In this document: positions 26,932 through 37,140 of the stretch, one piece after another
Layout: each line of letters starts with the position of its first letter
Position numbering within the stretch: the first letter of the stretch is position 1
Assembly: GCA_030620375.1 (NCBI GenBank)
Contig: JAUXEW010000001.1
Span: 1 to 42,805 of the forward strand
Length of the DNA: 42,805 nt
Source of the DNA: Desulfobacteraceae bacterium
GTDB taxonomy: Bacteria; Desulfobacterota; Desulfobacteria; Desulfobacterales; UBA5616
Direction of reading: 5' to 3'
Translations under genes and position numbers: made by a program
The notes under the pieces: generated by a model
The model's input: only the letters and a program-made list of their open reading frames with translations
The model's database searches: none
Told to the model about the DNA's origin: nothing

Positions 26932-28161
26932 CTATCGAACTGGACTTAATTCCACCCGCCTGTTTTGGGCGCGGCCTTCTACGGTCTTGTTTGATGCTAC
27001 CGGTTTTGAAACCCCATACCCCACGGCAGTTAGCCGATCCTTGGCAATCCCTTTTCCGACCAGATAATTCATCACTTCGTTGGCCCGTTTTTGGGATAGG
27101 ATCTGGTTGTATCGAACGGTCCCCACACTGTCAGTATGCCCCTGAATATTAACGCTCAATGAAGGATTCTTTGTTAGGACGGTCAAGACTTCATGTAAAT
27201 CAGAATAAAATGAAGGCTTAATATTCCACTTGTCCGTATCAAACGTAACATTTTTCAAGACCCAGCACCCTACGGCATTTACTTTCGCTTCGGCGGGCGT
27301 TCCGGGACATTGATCTTTATCGTCATAAACCCCATCGCCATCCGTATCCAAGGGGCATCCTTTACTATCGACCTTCATACCCCTGGGCGTACCCGGACAT
27401 TGATCCAAATCGTCCTTTACACCGTCGAGGTCGGAGTCTGATGCCATGGCAAACAAGACCCTTTCGACAAACTTAGCCATATCCTTTTTTGCAGCAATAT
27501 CACCTTCTCGAACCATGTCTCCACAACCACCGACTTTCGCAATCTTAGTCATCAGGGTTTCACCCTCATAGCTATTTCCAGTCAGTACGGTATATATACA
27601 AATCCTATCCCCGTAAGCGTCCTTAATATTTTCAGCGGCAATAATCGGGCCGTTTCCCACACCCACACCATCACTGACAATTACCAGGGCAATCTTTCCC
27701 TCACTGGGTTTTAAATCTTCGTTCGCGGCATTGATAGCGATTTCCATCGGGCTTTTGTTTGCCACACAGGTGACCGAATCCAATGATTTTTGAAATGAAT
27801 CCCTGGAATATCGTGTTACCCCATAAAGCAGCCGGGTATCCTTATTGTACAAACATTCCCCTAAGCCAAACGCCCTTAAAGCGGCATTAATGGTAATGTC
27901 CGGCATGGTATGATTCATTCGACTAACAATATTTTTGGCCAGATTAATATCCGACCTGCCATCTTCGGAGGCAGGCACGGATGAAGAGGCATCCAGTATC
28001 ACATATAAGATGTCCGCATCCTGCACATACTGGCCGGTTTCCAGTTTTGGTGTTACGTTAAGTGGTGTGATAATTGTTTTTTTAGGGATTTGAGCGGCAC
28101 AACTGATGATCAGGGCGAACAATGCTAACATTAAAAGAGTCCTTATGTATATTTTTGCCAT
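26932..28161 (-). CDS. lipoprotein with vWA-like, thrombospondin type-3 repeat and OmpA C-terminal domains
   Basis: Lipobox LIISC. MIDAS-like DASSS. DxDxDGxxDxxDxCP repeats (DSDLDGVKDDLDQCPGTP, DTDGDGVYDDKDQCPGTP). OmpA_C is indicated by GHTDSVG...NQILSQKRA...NRRVEL. Confidence 0.85.
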   Translation of the reverse strand: MAKIYIRTLLMLALFALIISCAAQIPKKTIITPLNVTPKLETGQYVQDADILYVILDASSSVPASEDGRSDINLAKNIVSRMNHTMPDITINAALRAFGLGECLYNKDTRLLYGVTRYSRDSFQKSLDSVTCVANKSPMEIAINAANEDLKPSEGKIALVIVSDGVGVGNGPIIAAENIKDAYGDRICIYTVLTGNSYEGETLMTKIAKVGGCGDMVREGDIAAKKDMAKFVERVLFAMASDSDLDGVKDDLDQCPGTPRGMKVDSKGCPLDTDGDGVYDDKDQCPGTPAEAKVNAVGCWVLKNVTFDTDKWNIKPSFYSDLHEVLTVLTKNPSLSVNIQGHTDSVGTVRYNQILSQKRANEVMNYLVGKGIAKDRLTAVGYGVSKPVASNKTVEGRAQNRRVELSPVR

Positions 28162-28201
28162 GATGTTTCCTCCTCCTTAAAATATTTTAAATTTGGCGGC
28201 T

Positions 28202-28325
28202 CAAAGCAAACCACCACCCGAATACCGGGTGGCTTTCTTTTTCCCGCATAGCGAGAAAAACAAAAGGGCGCAATTGAGTGACCCTAAGTTTTAATTTTAT
28301 CCCGGTATAAAATACCATTTTTTTT
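28202..28325 (-). repeat. family E element, copy 3 (diverged, with insertion), 5' of the OmpA-family gene in a divergent intergenic region
   Basis: Gene-sense: A8-TGGTATTTTATACCGGG-ATAAAATTAAAACTTAG-GGTCACTCAATTGCGCCC-TTTTGTTTTT-CTCGCTATGCGGG-...-CCACCCGGTATTCGGGTGG-TGGTTTGC. Confidence 0.7.
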
Positions 28326-28350
28326 AAAAAACCAAGTAAAATTTTTATAA

Positions 28351-28379
28351 AAAATATCAAGTAAACTTAAGGATGTCAA
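28351..28379 (-). promoter_or_regulatory. candidate sigma-70 promoter (TTGACA-17 nt-TATTTT) reading into family E copy 3 and the OmpA-family gene
   Basis: The hexamers were read on the minus strand. The predicted TSS is about 20 nt upstream of the element. Confidence 0.4.
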
Positions 28380-28736
28380 AGTTTTTATTGTTCGAATTAG
28401 GTAGTGTCCGCAACTCATATGATGAAAAGGATAGCCCCCGGATGATGATTCAGCTCGTGATTGTAAACATTACCATATATAACCAATAGTTGTATTAGTT
28501 AATGCGCTTAAATCCTATTAATTTGCCTTGACATTACAGATTATGAGAATTAGTTTTCAGTTCAAATACGGTCTCTTATGCATATAGGCAGTAACTGTTT
28601 GTGAAAACAATAGGTAAATTGTAAATGCAATTGTTTTCCTATTGTCGATTGGTAATTTTCAAATACAAAAAAAAGATTAATTGCGGTTTGCTATGGGGAG
28701 TTTTACTACTGCGCGGCCTTGAGAAGGAAAATTCGC

Positions 28737-29228
28737 ATGCCTCCGATCATATCTGTAGTCGGCAAATCCAAAGCAGGAAAAACCACTTTTATTGAAAAGC
28801 TGATCCCTGAACTAAAAAAACGGGGCTATAAAATCGGCACTGTAAAACACGCTTATCATGGGTTTGATATCGATAAAAAAGGGAAAGACAGTTGGCGGCA
28901 CCAGAATGCCGGTGCGGACACGGTCATCGTATCGTCTTCCGAAAAAATCGCAATGACAAAGAAGGAAATTTTTATCGATTTAGACCACCTGCTCAAATAC
29001 TTTCACGATGTGGACCTGGTCATTACCGAAGGTTATAAGCGGGAAAACAAACCTAAAATTGAAGTGTTTCGTTCCACCCAGCATAAAAAACCCCTTTGTC
29101 TTGATAATGATGAATTGATCGCTTTTGTATCGGATATTGATATGGGTTCAAACATCCCTTCTTTCGGATTGGAAGAGATTGATAAAATTACAGATTTTAT
29201 AGAAAAGCAATTTCTTTCACCACACTGA
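28737..29228 (+). CDS. mobB: molybdopterin-guanine dinucleotide biosynthesis adapter protein MobB
   Basis: IISVVGKSKAGKTTFIEKL (P-loop) and KIGTVKH...D..GKDSWRH. I prefer the ATG at 28737. Confidence 0.85.
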   Translation: MPPIISVVGKSKAGKTTFIEKLIPELKKRGYKIGTVKHAYHGFDIDKKGKDSWRHQNAGADTVIVSSSEKIAMTKKEIFIDLDHLLKYFHDVDLVITEGYKRENKPKIEVFRSTQHKKPLCLDNDELIAFVSDIDMGSNIPSFGLEEIDKITDFIEKQFLSPH

Positions 29229-29319
29229 ACATGTTATTCATCTGCGGATTGAAATCTATAGTTAACCTGCTTTCCCGGCTTGTCCGGTTCGGGAAGTTAA
29301 CCAACATATCGGGGGAAAA

Positions 29320-29718
29320 ATGAGACTCCAAGAACAGATCAAAAAAGATCTGACGTTAGCCATGAAAGCTAGAGACGAGGGGAAAAGGGACGCTCTTCGT
29401 GTTATATTGGGAGAATTCGGGCGGCTGGAAAAAAAAGAACTTTCAGACGATGAAGTGATAAAAGTTATGAAAAAATTACTAAAATCTGAAAGAGACGTAT
29501 TGGAAAAAGGGGGGGCATCCGATGACTCCGTGTTTATTCAGATCATTGAACATTATTTGCCCAAGATGGCGACTGATGAAGAAATCATTGCCTGGATTAA
29601 CCTCAATATTGATTTTTCTAAATTTAAAAATAAGATGCAGGCCATGGGGGCTATCATGAAACATTTTGGTACCCAGGCAGACGGTAATGCGGTAAAAAAA
29701 AATCTCGAGAATATGTGA
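29320..29718 (+). CDS. yqeY: GatB/YqeY domain-containing protein
   Basis: LQEQIKKDLTLAMKARDEGKRDALRVILGE is the typical YqeY opening. 132 aa. Confidence 0.8.
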   Translation: MRLQEQIKKDLTLAMKARDEGKRDALRVILGEFGRLEKKELSDDEVIKVMKKLLKSERDVLEKGGASDDSVFIQIIEHYLPKMATDEEIIAWINLNIDFSKFKNKMQAMGAIMKHFGTQADGNAVKKNLENM

Positions 29719-29768
29719 TATGAAGTCCTAAATCTTCATGATAGGAATCGGCTAAGGGGGTGGGGGAA

Positions 29769-30290
29769 ATGTCGAAACCGGCTTTGATTATTATTGATAT
29801 GCTTAATGATTTTGTGGACGAAAAAGGGGCATTGTATGGTGGTGAAACGGCAAGGAACATCATACCTTATGTAAAAGAAAGACTGGCGTCATATCGTGAA
29901 CACCAAGGCATTGTCATCTATTTGCAGGATTCGCACGATGAAAACGATAAGGAATTTGATCGTTTTCCCCGTCATTGCGTGACTAACACCTGGGGAAATG
30001 AAATTATTCCCGAACTGTCGCCGATATCCGGTGAAACAATAATCTCCAAAAAGCGGTTTAGTGGCTTTTTTGGAACCGATTTGGAAAATATCTTAAAATC
30101 CGTCGGCATTGATGAAGTGGAAGTCGTGGGGGTTTGTACTTCCATTTGTGTGATGGACACGGTGGGCGACTTGGCGAACCGGGATTATAAGATAACGGTT
30201 CCTATCAGCGGAGTAGCGGATTTTAATCCGGAATTTCATGAGTTTGCTCTAAAAAGGATGAGGGAGACATACGGAGCCGATGTAAAATGA
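29769..30290 (+). CDS. pncA: isochorismatase-family cysteine hydrolase, probable nicotinamidase
   Basis: ALIIIDMLNDF, a Lys, and the VVGVCTSICV catalytic Cys. A 4-nt ATGA overlap with the NAPRTase gene supports a PncA role, which is inference. Confidence 0.7.
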   Translation: MSKPALIIIDMLNDFVDEKGALYGGETARNIIPYVKERLASYREHQGIVIYLQDSHDENDKEFDRFPRHCVTNTWGNEIIPELSPISGETIISKKRFSGFFGTDLENILKSVGIDEVEVVGVCTSICVMDTVGDLANRDYKITVPISGVADFNPEFHEFALKRMRETYGADVK

Positions 30291-31627
30291 CACAGACGCA
30301 AAGCCCTGGTCCCTTGTTTACCGATCTTTACGAATTGACCATGGGGGCAGGATATTATGAACACAAGGTTTTTTCAGAGGCAACGTTTTCGTTGTTTATA
30401 CGAAATTATCCCTTGGGCAGACGCTATTTTGTCGCGGCAGGGCTTGAAGATGTGTTAAACGGGCTTTCTGATTTACATTTTTCAGAAAGCGATATTGCCT
30501 ATTTAAAATCAACCGGCCTGTTTTCGGAAGCCTTTATTGAATACCTAAAAGGATTTCGATTCTCTGGAAATGTCTATGCCATGCCCGAAGGAACCATCTT
30601 TTTTGCCAACGAGCCGGTCCTGGAAGTAACAGCGCCGATAATCGAAGCCCAGTTAATAGAAACTTTTTTACTCAATACCGTCGGTTTCCCCATCCTGGTG
30701 GCCTCAAAGGCGGCCCGGTGCATCCATGCCGCTAAAAATCGTCAACTGGTCGATTTCTCATTACGGCGAACCCAAGGAGTTGATCCCGGAATGAAGGTAG
30801 CCCGAAACTCCTATATCGCCGGGTTTTCTGCGACAAGCAATGTATTGGCAGGTAAAAGGTTAAGGATCCCCATATCCGGTACAATGGCCCATTCTTTTGT
30901 GATGGCCTTTGACGATGAAGTCTCTGCATTTTTGGCGTATTCTAAGACTTTTCCAATGAATTCCGTATTTCTAATTGACACTTACGATACGCTCAAAGGG
31001 GCGAGAAACGCCGTAAAAGTCGCAAAAGAAATGGAAAAAAAAGGGGCGTCTCTGGTGGGCGTCAGGTTGGACAGCGGTGACATGGCAGATTTGAGTATCA
31101 AGGTCCGCAAAATTTTTGACGATGCGGGGCTGCCACATATTAAAATTTTCGCCAGCAGCGGTTTTGATGAGTATAAAATAACAGACGTAATATCAAAAGG
31201 GGCAAAGATTGATTCGTTTGGGGTGGGCACAAAGCTCGGTGTATCCGCAGATGCCCCTTATCTGGATATCGTGTATAAAATGGTCCGATTTAAGGATAAC
31301 GATGTCAGAAAATTGAGTCCCGACAAGGCGACCCTGGCCGGTAAAAAGCAGGTCTTCAGAAAATATGATGCCAAAGGTCAATTCCAGGAGGATATTATCG
31401 GGATTAGGGAAGAGCACATGGATTACGCAATTCTGCTGCTGGAAAAGGTAATGGAATATGGAAAATGCCTGCGTCCTCATCCACCTCTCGAGATAATCCG
31501 GACGCAATTCAGTGAAAACTTTGAATTGCTACCGGAAACGTATAAATCCTTAGATCATCAGCAACCGTATCCGGTTTCACTCAGCAAACGCCTGTCAGAT
31601 ATTCAGGAAATGGGCTTAGACCGTTAA
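30287..31627 (+). CDS. pncB: nicotinate phosphoribosyltransferase
   Basis: LFTDLYELTMGAGYY..., the SGTMAHSFVM region and the DTYD motif. 446 aa. Confidence 0.85.
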   Translation: MTQTQSPGPLFTDLYELTMGAGYYEHKVFSEATFSLFIRNYPLGRRYFVAAGLEDVLNGLSDLHFSESDIAYLKSTGLFSEAFIEYLKGFRFSGNVYAMPEGTIFFANEPVLEVTAPIIEAQLIETFLLNTVGFPILVASKAARCIHAAKNRQLVDFSLRRTQGVDPGMKVARNSYIAGFSATSNVLAGKRLRIPISGTMAHSFVMAFDDEVSAFLAYSKTFPMNSVFLIDTYDTLKGARNAVKVAKEMEKKGASLVGVRLDSGDMADLSIKVRKIFDDAGLPHIKIFASSGFDEYKITDVISKGAKIDSFGVGTKLGVSADAPYLDIVYKMVRFKDNDVRKLSPDKATLAGKKQVFRKYDAKGQFQEDIIGIREEHMDYAILLLEKVMEYGKCLRPHPPLEIIRTQFSENFELLPETYKSLDHQQPYPVSLSKRLSDIQEMGLDR

Positions 31628-31817
31628 CCATCAATTTTGTTCTTTTTATGGCAAAATATGGTTAGAAATCATTTCAAAACCGATTGACGCAACATTTTGA
31701 CCATATTGACTCAATCGCTAATCAGCTAAACAACTCATCAGTTTATCCGGATTCGATCAGAATTCTATTGCCTTGAGCCGTTTGCTATCAGATGTTGACT
31801 TTTTGCGAGCCCTTATA

Positions 31818-31870
31818 TTGAAACTCCCTGAAGCAAGCTGCGGTGAATTCACTCGCTATTGCGGTTCAAA
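31818..31870 (+). repeat. family A repeat, half-copy 4
   Basis: TTGAAACTCCCTGAAGCAAGCTGCGGTGAATTCACTCGCTATTGCGGTTCAAA lies inside the spurious N-terminal extension of the nadK track ORF. Confidence 0.6.
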
Positions 31871-32042
31871 AAATTCTTGCTGTTTTGTCAAGTTGTTTGT
31901 ATTATCAAATCGTCAACTAATTATCCAAAGCGTGGAGCAGCTGACCCTTTTTTATGAAACCAAAGCTGAAATTTTTTATGGAAAAGGCTTCCCACAGCAA
32001 GGCATTGATGATAGACCTTTGGTCGTAGCATACGCAGGGGTA

Positions 32043-32906
32043 TTGTCCATTGTGAAAAAAATCGGACTCGTTGTAAAAGTTGATGGTGAGGCGAATAAAA
32101 AAGCCAATGAGCTTGAAAAGTGGCTTAGATCGAATGGCGTCGAGGTGGTAAGGAAGGAAAGTCCGCCGCCAACCCGCAGATTTTCAAATAAAAACAAAAC
32201 AACGGCACCACCGAATTTATTCTGTCTTTTCGTGCTGGGAGGGGACGGCACTTTTTTAAGTGCCGTTCGGTGGATTGGTGATCGGGACATACCCATTTTG
32301 GGAGTCAAATTCGGTGAAGTGGGATTTTTAGCGGAAACCACCGAGGAGGATCTGTTTACTGCCGCCCGGTCAATCCTGAATGATAAGTTTACCATAACGC
32401 CACGCATGCGCCTGTTGGTCAGGGTTGTTCGAGAAGAAAGAGAAATTATAAACGACACCGTACTGAATGATGTTGTAATTAATAAAGGCGCGCTTGCCCG
32501 GCTGGCCAATATCGAAACTTACATTGACGACCACTATCTAACCACTTACCGGGCTGACGGCCTCGTGGTTTCAACGCCTACCGGGTCAACAGCTTATTCG
32601 CTTGCGGCCGGAGGCCCGATTGTTCATCCTGCGGTACCGGCAAGCATCATGACACCGATTTGCCCGTTTACGCTGACCAATCGTCCGCTCATATTATCCG
32701 ACACCGTGTGCATCAAAATAAGGCTGGCCAAAAAATCTTCAGATATAATGTTGACTTTTGACGGTCAGGTCGGTCTTGAGATCAACGATCAGGATGAAAT
32801 TTTTATTAAAAAAGGGGAATATCCCATCAATATGATCACACTGCCCGGTCAACATTATTTTGATGTATTAAAAGCCAAACTCAGATGGAGCGGCGGCCGG
32901 GTTTAA
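32043..32906 (+). CDS. nadK: NAD(+) kinase
   Basis: VKKIGLVVK..., GGDGTFL, NDVVI and [17 protein letters not shown] motifs. The likely start is TTG 32043 (AGGGG 4-5 nt upstream) or GTG 32052. The track start at 31773 crosses a repeat. Confidence 0.85.
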   Translation: MSIVKKIGLVVKVDGEANKKANELEKWLRSNGVEVVRKESPPPTRRFSNKNKTTAPPNLFCLFVLGGDGTFLSAVRWIGDRDIPILGVKFGEVGFLAETTEEDLFTAARSILNDKFTITPRMRLLVRVVREEREIINDTVLNDVVINKGALARLANIETYIDDHYLTTYRADGLVVSTPTGSTAYSLAAGGPIVHPAVPASIMTPICPFTLTNRPLILSDTVCIKIRLAKKSSDIMLTFDGQVGLEINDQDEIFIKKGEYPINMITLPGQHYFDVLKAKLRWSGGRV

Positions 32907-32972
32907 CATTAGTATGTAAAATTTCGCTGTGGATCATACCCGGCGTATAAATAATATAGTGGAGGCAAAACG

Positions 32973-33878
32973 ATGCTCCGTTCAATAACGGTGGTAATTA
33001 CAGTTGGGTTCTTTTTATTGATCTCTTATCCCCCATGTACCGCATCACAGGATGTTATCGATCATGTCGGCAAAGGAACTATTAATTGGACCAAAGGGGC
33101 CCTTCAAGCGACAGGGGTTCAAGGTCCTTTAATAGAAAACTTTGGGAAACCCGTAAACTGCCAAAAGGCTTTAACGACCGCTAAAACCAATGCCCATCAC
33201 AACCTTCTTGAGGTGGTGAAAGCGGTTAGAATTGATGGCGCAACCAGCGTGGACGACTTTGCGGGTAATGATGATATTGTGATGGCCAAATTGATGGGCA
33301 TGGTAAAAAACACCCCCATTGTTAATCAAGAATTCTTAACCGACGGAACCGTAGCCGTGACTATTGAACTGACCATTTTCGGCGGATTTTCACAATTGGT
33401 CCTTCCACGAGAAATCGAGCATGTGGAATCAATTAAACCGATTGGCAACAACCACGCCAACGTATCTCAGAGTAGGAAACCCGAACCGCTATCATCGAAC
33501 CCTCAAAAAGAAATCTATACAGGACTTGTGGTAGACGCCAGGGGGCTTGATGTCAAAGCGGCAATGACACCCAAAATTCTGGACGAAAACTGGCAGGAAA
33601 TATATGGGCCGGCGTTTGTAAGCCGTGAGATAGCAGTTCAAAAGGGGATGTGCCGCTATGAAAGCGATCTTCTTACGGCTCAAAACCATTTAAGCGTTTT
33701 GGACAATCCATTGACCGTTAAGGGACTTAAAACAAGGGATCCCCATGGTTCCGACATTATTATCAGCAATACGGATGCCTTAAAAATAAAAAGCGCTTCA
33801 GAGCATCTGATGTTTTTAAAACAGTGTCAGGTAATCATTGTGGTTGATCAAAAAGACGGTAGATCAAATAATCCTTAA
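32973..33878 (+). CDS. exported hypothetical protein, two domains
   Basis: An N-terminal signal-like segment (ITVVITVGFFLLISYPPCTA). I recognise no family. GGAGG is upstream. Confidence 0.5.
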   Translation: MLRSITVVITVGFFLLISYPPCTASQDVIDHVGKGTINWTKGALQATGVQGPLIENFGKPVNCQKALTTAKTNAHHNLLEVVKAVRIDGATSVDDFAGNDDIVMAKLMGMVKNTPIVNQEFLTDGTVAVTIELTIFGGFSQLVLPREIEHVESIKPIGNNHANVSQSRKPEPLSSNPQKEIYTGLVVDARGLDVKAAMTPKILDENWQEIYGPAFVSREIAVQKGMCRYESDLLTAQNHLSVLDNPLTVKGLKTRDPHGSDIIISNTDALKIKSASEHLMFLKQCQVIIVVDQKDGRSNNP

Positions 33879-33903
33879 ACAACCCATCTTCAGAGGGTAG
33901 GCC

Positions 33904-34497
33904 ATGATATCGAATAAATTGAATCTGATATTAACGACATGCCTGCTGCTGCTGCTTTCAGCATGTGGTCTAAAGGAAGGGCCGCAGCCATTATTAGATA
34001 CACCCGGACGTCATGCAACCAATGGGGTGCGATTTTTGAAAGCAGGCAAGATTGAACCTGCGAATTATGAGTTTGGTCGGGCAAAGGAACTGTCCCCTTC
34101 ATTTTCACCCGCATATGTAGGCTTAGGTCTGGTTTACGGGTTTAAGAATGATTTTAAAAATGGTTTTGAGGCCATGAATAAAGCCGAACGGCTTGCTCAG
34201 GGAAAAGTCCAAAAGATAGCCGTGCAAGTGGGAATGATGAGGCTCTATATGATGGGAAGAGACCGGGTGGACCAAGATTGGTTAAAGCGAGTTGAGGTAT
34301 ACTTTGATCAAGCCGTTGCCTTTGCCCCGGATTTCCCTGAAGCTTATTACTACATGGGGATAGCTTATAAAATGGCCAATAAATTCCAAAAGGCGGCAAA
34401 GCAATTCGTTAAGGTGATTGACCTGGACAAGGCATATGCCGAGGAAGCTGATAATGAATATTCAACCATCCGGTGGGTCGAAGCCATCGGCCCTTAA
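33904..34497 (+). CDS. TPR-repeat lipoprotein
   Basis: Lipobox LLLSAC, followed by TPR-like repeats (A..Y..G..Y....F..A...F..A). 197 aa. Confidence 0.7.
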   Translation: MISNKLNLILTTCLLLLLSACGLKEGPQPLLDTPGRHATNGVRFLKAGKIEPANYEFGRAKELSPSFSPAYVGLGLVYGFKNDFKNGFEAMNKAERLAQGKVQKIAVQVGMMRLYMMGRDRVDQDWLKRVEVYFDQAVAFAPDFPEAYYYMGIAYKMANKFQKAAKQFVKVIDLDKAYAEEADNEYSTIRWVEAIGP

Positions 34498-34531
34498 GTC
34501 ATGCGGTTTTTTTTATAAAGCCACCATCGCG

Positions 34532-35788
34532 TTATGTTCCCATGGTCCAGGATCTTAAGTATTTTTTCTGTTCCGGTGTCAGCCTGTCAATTTCAACACC
34601 CATGGAAGCAAGCTTTTCCTTGGCGATTTGCGCATCAATTTTTTCCGGAACCGGATAGACGTTATTTCCAAGTGTGTTTTTGCTTTTCACCATATATTCG
34701 ATACTTAAGGCCTGATTGGCGAAGCTCATATCCATCACACTTGACGGATGGCCCTCGGCGGCTGCCAAATTAATCAATCTGCCTTCCGCTAAAACGTTAA
34801 CTCTTTTTCCGTTTTCCAGGACATGCTCTTGGACATGCGGTCTAAGCATTCGCTTTGATCGGGTAATGCTGTTCAACCCTTCCAGATCCAATTCAACATT
34901 GAAATGCCCGGAATTACAGACAATAGCGCCGTCCTTCATCAGTTTGTAATGGGACTTTCGGATGACATTGATATTGCCGGTAACGGTACAGAAAAAATCT
35001 CCGACCTTCGCCGCATTCTTTATGGTCATAGCTGTAAATCCATCCATAATCGCTTCCAAAGCTGTGATAGGATCCACCTCGGTTATGATTACGTTTGCCC
35101 CCATTCCGCGCGCTCTCATCGCCAGTCCCCTGCCACACCACCCGTAACCGCAAACCACAAAATTACTTCCGGCCACTAGCCGGTTCGTGGCCCGAATAAT
35201 ACCGTCCATCGTGCTTTGACCGGTTCCGTATCGATTGTCGAAAAAATGCTTTGTCTTGGCATCATTTACGGCGATGATGGGGTACTTCAGAACACCGTCG
35301 GCAGCCATGCTTTTTAACCGGATGATTCCGGTTGTGGTTTCCTCGGTCCCGCCCCTTACCAGGGTTATCAGCTCCGACCGTTCGGAATGCAGGGTGGAAA
35401 CCAGATCCGCACCGTCATCCATGGTGAAATGGGGTTTTTCGTCCAGCACGGCGTTGATGTGTTGGTAATAGGTCTTGTTGTTTTCGCCATTAATGGCAAA
35501 GACCGCAATTTTATCGTTTTTGACCAAAGATGCGGCCACCCCATCCTGGGTGCTTAACGGATTTGAAGCACAAAGAAATGCCGTTGCGCCGGCTGCCTTT
35601 AATGTCTGCATCAGGGAAGCCGTTTCAGTGGTCACATGCAGACATGCGGCGATGCGAATACCGCGTAATGGCTTTTCTTTACTAAACCGATCCTTAATAC
35701 GGTTAAGCACCGGCATATTTTGATTTGCCCATTCAATACGGAGTGCGCCATCCTTTGCCAATTTAACATCTTTGATATCACATTTCAT
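34532..35788 (-). CDS. ahcY: adenosylhomocysteinase (short, about 418-aa type)
   Basis: [13 protein letters not shown], an NAD-binding GYGWCGRG motif, and GHFNVE. Confidence 0.95.
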   Translation of the reverse strand: MKCDIKDVKLAKDGALRIEWANQNMPVLNRIKDRFSKEKPLRGIRIAACLHVTTETASLMQTLKAAGATAFLCASNPLSTQDGVAASLVKNDKIAVFAINGENNKTYYQHINAVLDEKPHFTMDDGADLVSTLHSERSELITLVRGGTEETTTGIIRLKSMAADGVLKYPIIAVNDAKTKHFFDNRYGTGQSTMDGIIRATNRLVAGSNFVVCGYGWCGRGLAMRARGMGANVIITEVDPITALEAIMDGFTAMTIKNAAKVGDFFCTVTGNINVIRKSHYKLMKDGAIVCNSGHFNVELDLEGLNSITRSKRMLRPHVQEHVLENGKRVNVLAEGRLINLAAAEGHPSSVMDMSFANQALSIEYMVKSKNTLGNNVYPVPEKIDAQIAKEKLASMGVEIDRLTPEQKKYLRSWTMGT

Positions 35789-35817
35789 AATAAATCCATT
35801 CCTCTCTGGTTAGCTTT

Positions 35818-36987
35818 TTAAATGCCGGCCTTCTCTCTGATGATGTCTACCATATTGGTTTTTTCCCATGAAAAATCAGGATTGCTTCGGCCAAAATGAC
35901 CGTATGCCGAAGTGGCACGATAAATCGGCCTCAACAAATCAAGATACTCAATAATGGCAGCGGGTCTAAAATCAAAAACGTCGTTGATGATTTCTTTGAT
36001 TCGTTTTTTAGGAATTTTACCGGTCCCCATGGTGTTCACCAAAATGGAAACCGGTTCCGGAACCCCGATGGCATATGCCAGCTGAACTTCACATTTGTTT
36101 GCCAGACCGGCAGCGACAATATTCTTTGCCACATGCCTGGCCATGTAAGATGCACTCCGGTCGACTTTAGAGGGATCTTTACCGGAAAAACAACCGCCGC
36201 CATGACTTCCCTGACCACCGTATGTGTCCACAATAATTTTTCGTCCGGTCACTCCGCAATCGCCCATAGGGCCGCCAATTACAAATCGACCGGTAGCGTT
36301 GATATAATATCGGGTTCCTTCATCAGTCATCTCATCAGGGATGACCTTTTTAATCACTTGCTTAATGATGGCTTCTCTGAGTTCCTCATATTCAACGTCC
36401 GGCTTATGCTGTGCGGCAATCACCACCGCGTCGACCCGCTTAGGGGTACCATTTTCATACTCAACGGTAACTTGAGTTTTTCCGTCCGGTCTTAAGAAAT
36501 CCAGAGATCCGTTTTTTCGGACTTCCGTGAGTCGTTTACATAACTTATGGGCATACATAATGGGCATCGGCATGAGTTCAGGCGTTTCATCAGAAGCGAA
36601 CCCGAACATCAGCCCCTGGTCACCGGCCCCCTGGTCTAGAAATAGACCTTCTCCGACATTGACACCTTGAGCGATATCCGGAGATTGATGATCAATACTG
36701 GTTATAACGGAACAGGTTTGCCAGTCAAAACCCATTTGTGAAGATCGATATCCGATTTCACGAATAGTATTCCTGACAATTTGAGGTATATCCACATAAC
36801 AATCCGTCGTGATTTCACCGGCAATAAAGGCAAGTCCGGTGGTTACCAAAGTTTCGCAGGCCACACGGCATTTCTTGTCTTCCGCGATGATGGCATCCAG
36901 TATGGAATCGGATATGGCATCCGCAACCTTGTCGGGATGCCCCTCGGTTACGGATTCGGATGTAAAAAAGAATTGTTCGTTGCTCAT
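35818..36987 (-). CDS. metK: methionine adenosyltransferase
   Basis: [22 protein letters not shown] and GGGCFSGKD signatures. It lies 29 nt upstream of ahcY. Confidence 0.97.
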   Translation of the reverse strand: MSNEQFFFTSESVTEGHPDKVADAISDSILDAIIAEDKKCRVACETLVTTGLAFIAGEITTDCYVDIPQIVRNTIREIGYRSSQMGFDWQTCSVITSIDHQSPDIAQGVNVGEGLFLDQGAGDQGLMFGFASDETPELMPMPIMYAHKLCKRLTEVRKNGSLDFLRPDGKTQVTVEYENGTPKRVDAVVIAAQHKPDVEYEELREAIIKQVIKKVIPDEMTDEGTRYYINATGRFVIGGPMGDCGVTGRKIIVDTYGGQGSHGGGCFSGKDPSKVDRSASYMARHVAKNIVAAGLANKCEVQLAYAIGVPEPVSILVNTMGTGKIPKKRIKEIINDVFDFRPAAIIEYLDLLRPIYRATSAYGHFGRSNPDFSWEKTNMVDIIREKAGI

Positions 36988-37096
36988 ACGGGTTCTCCTT
37001 TAGTTGTATAAATTTAAAGCACGTTTTTTTATGGTAAAAAACAATCTGTATGGCTCATTAACTCTCCAATTACAAAAAGTTGCAAGTGATTATAGT

Positions 37097-37140
37097 GTCT
37101 TGCAGCAAGCTTCGGGGAACCGCTCCCGCTTTCGGTTCAA
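37097..37140 (+). repeat. family A repeat, half-copy 5
   Basis: GTCTTGCAGCAAGCTTCGGGGAACCGCTCCCGCTTTCGGTTCAA lies in the panC-metK spacer and touches the panC stop codon. Confidence 0.55.

Noticed and set aside
31773-32042. Long N-terminal extensions in the track ORFs: nadK 31773-32042, ACS-alpha-like 21984-22217, tilS 12454-12510, DUF169 22973-23041 and lipoprotein 20394-20480
   Set aside because: The extensions cross intergenic repeats or the upstream gene, lack homology to the family N-termini, and have better-placed internal starts with SD sequences.
36988-37136. SAM-type riboswitch upstream of metK
   Set aside because: I could not find any SAM-I, SAM-II or SAM/SAH conserved core. The region holds a family A half-repeat and a plausible TTGCAA-17-GTTAAT promoter close to the gene.
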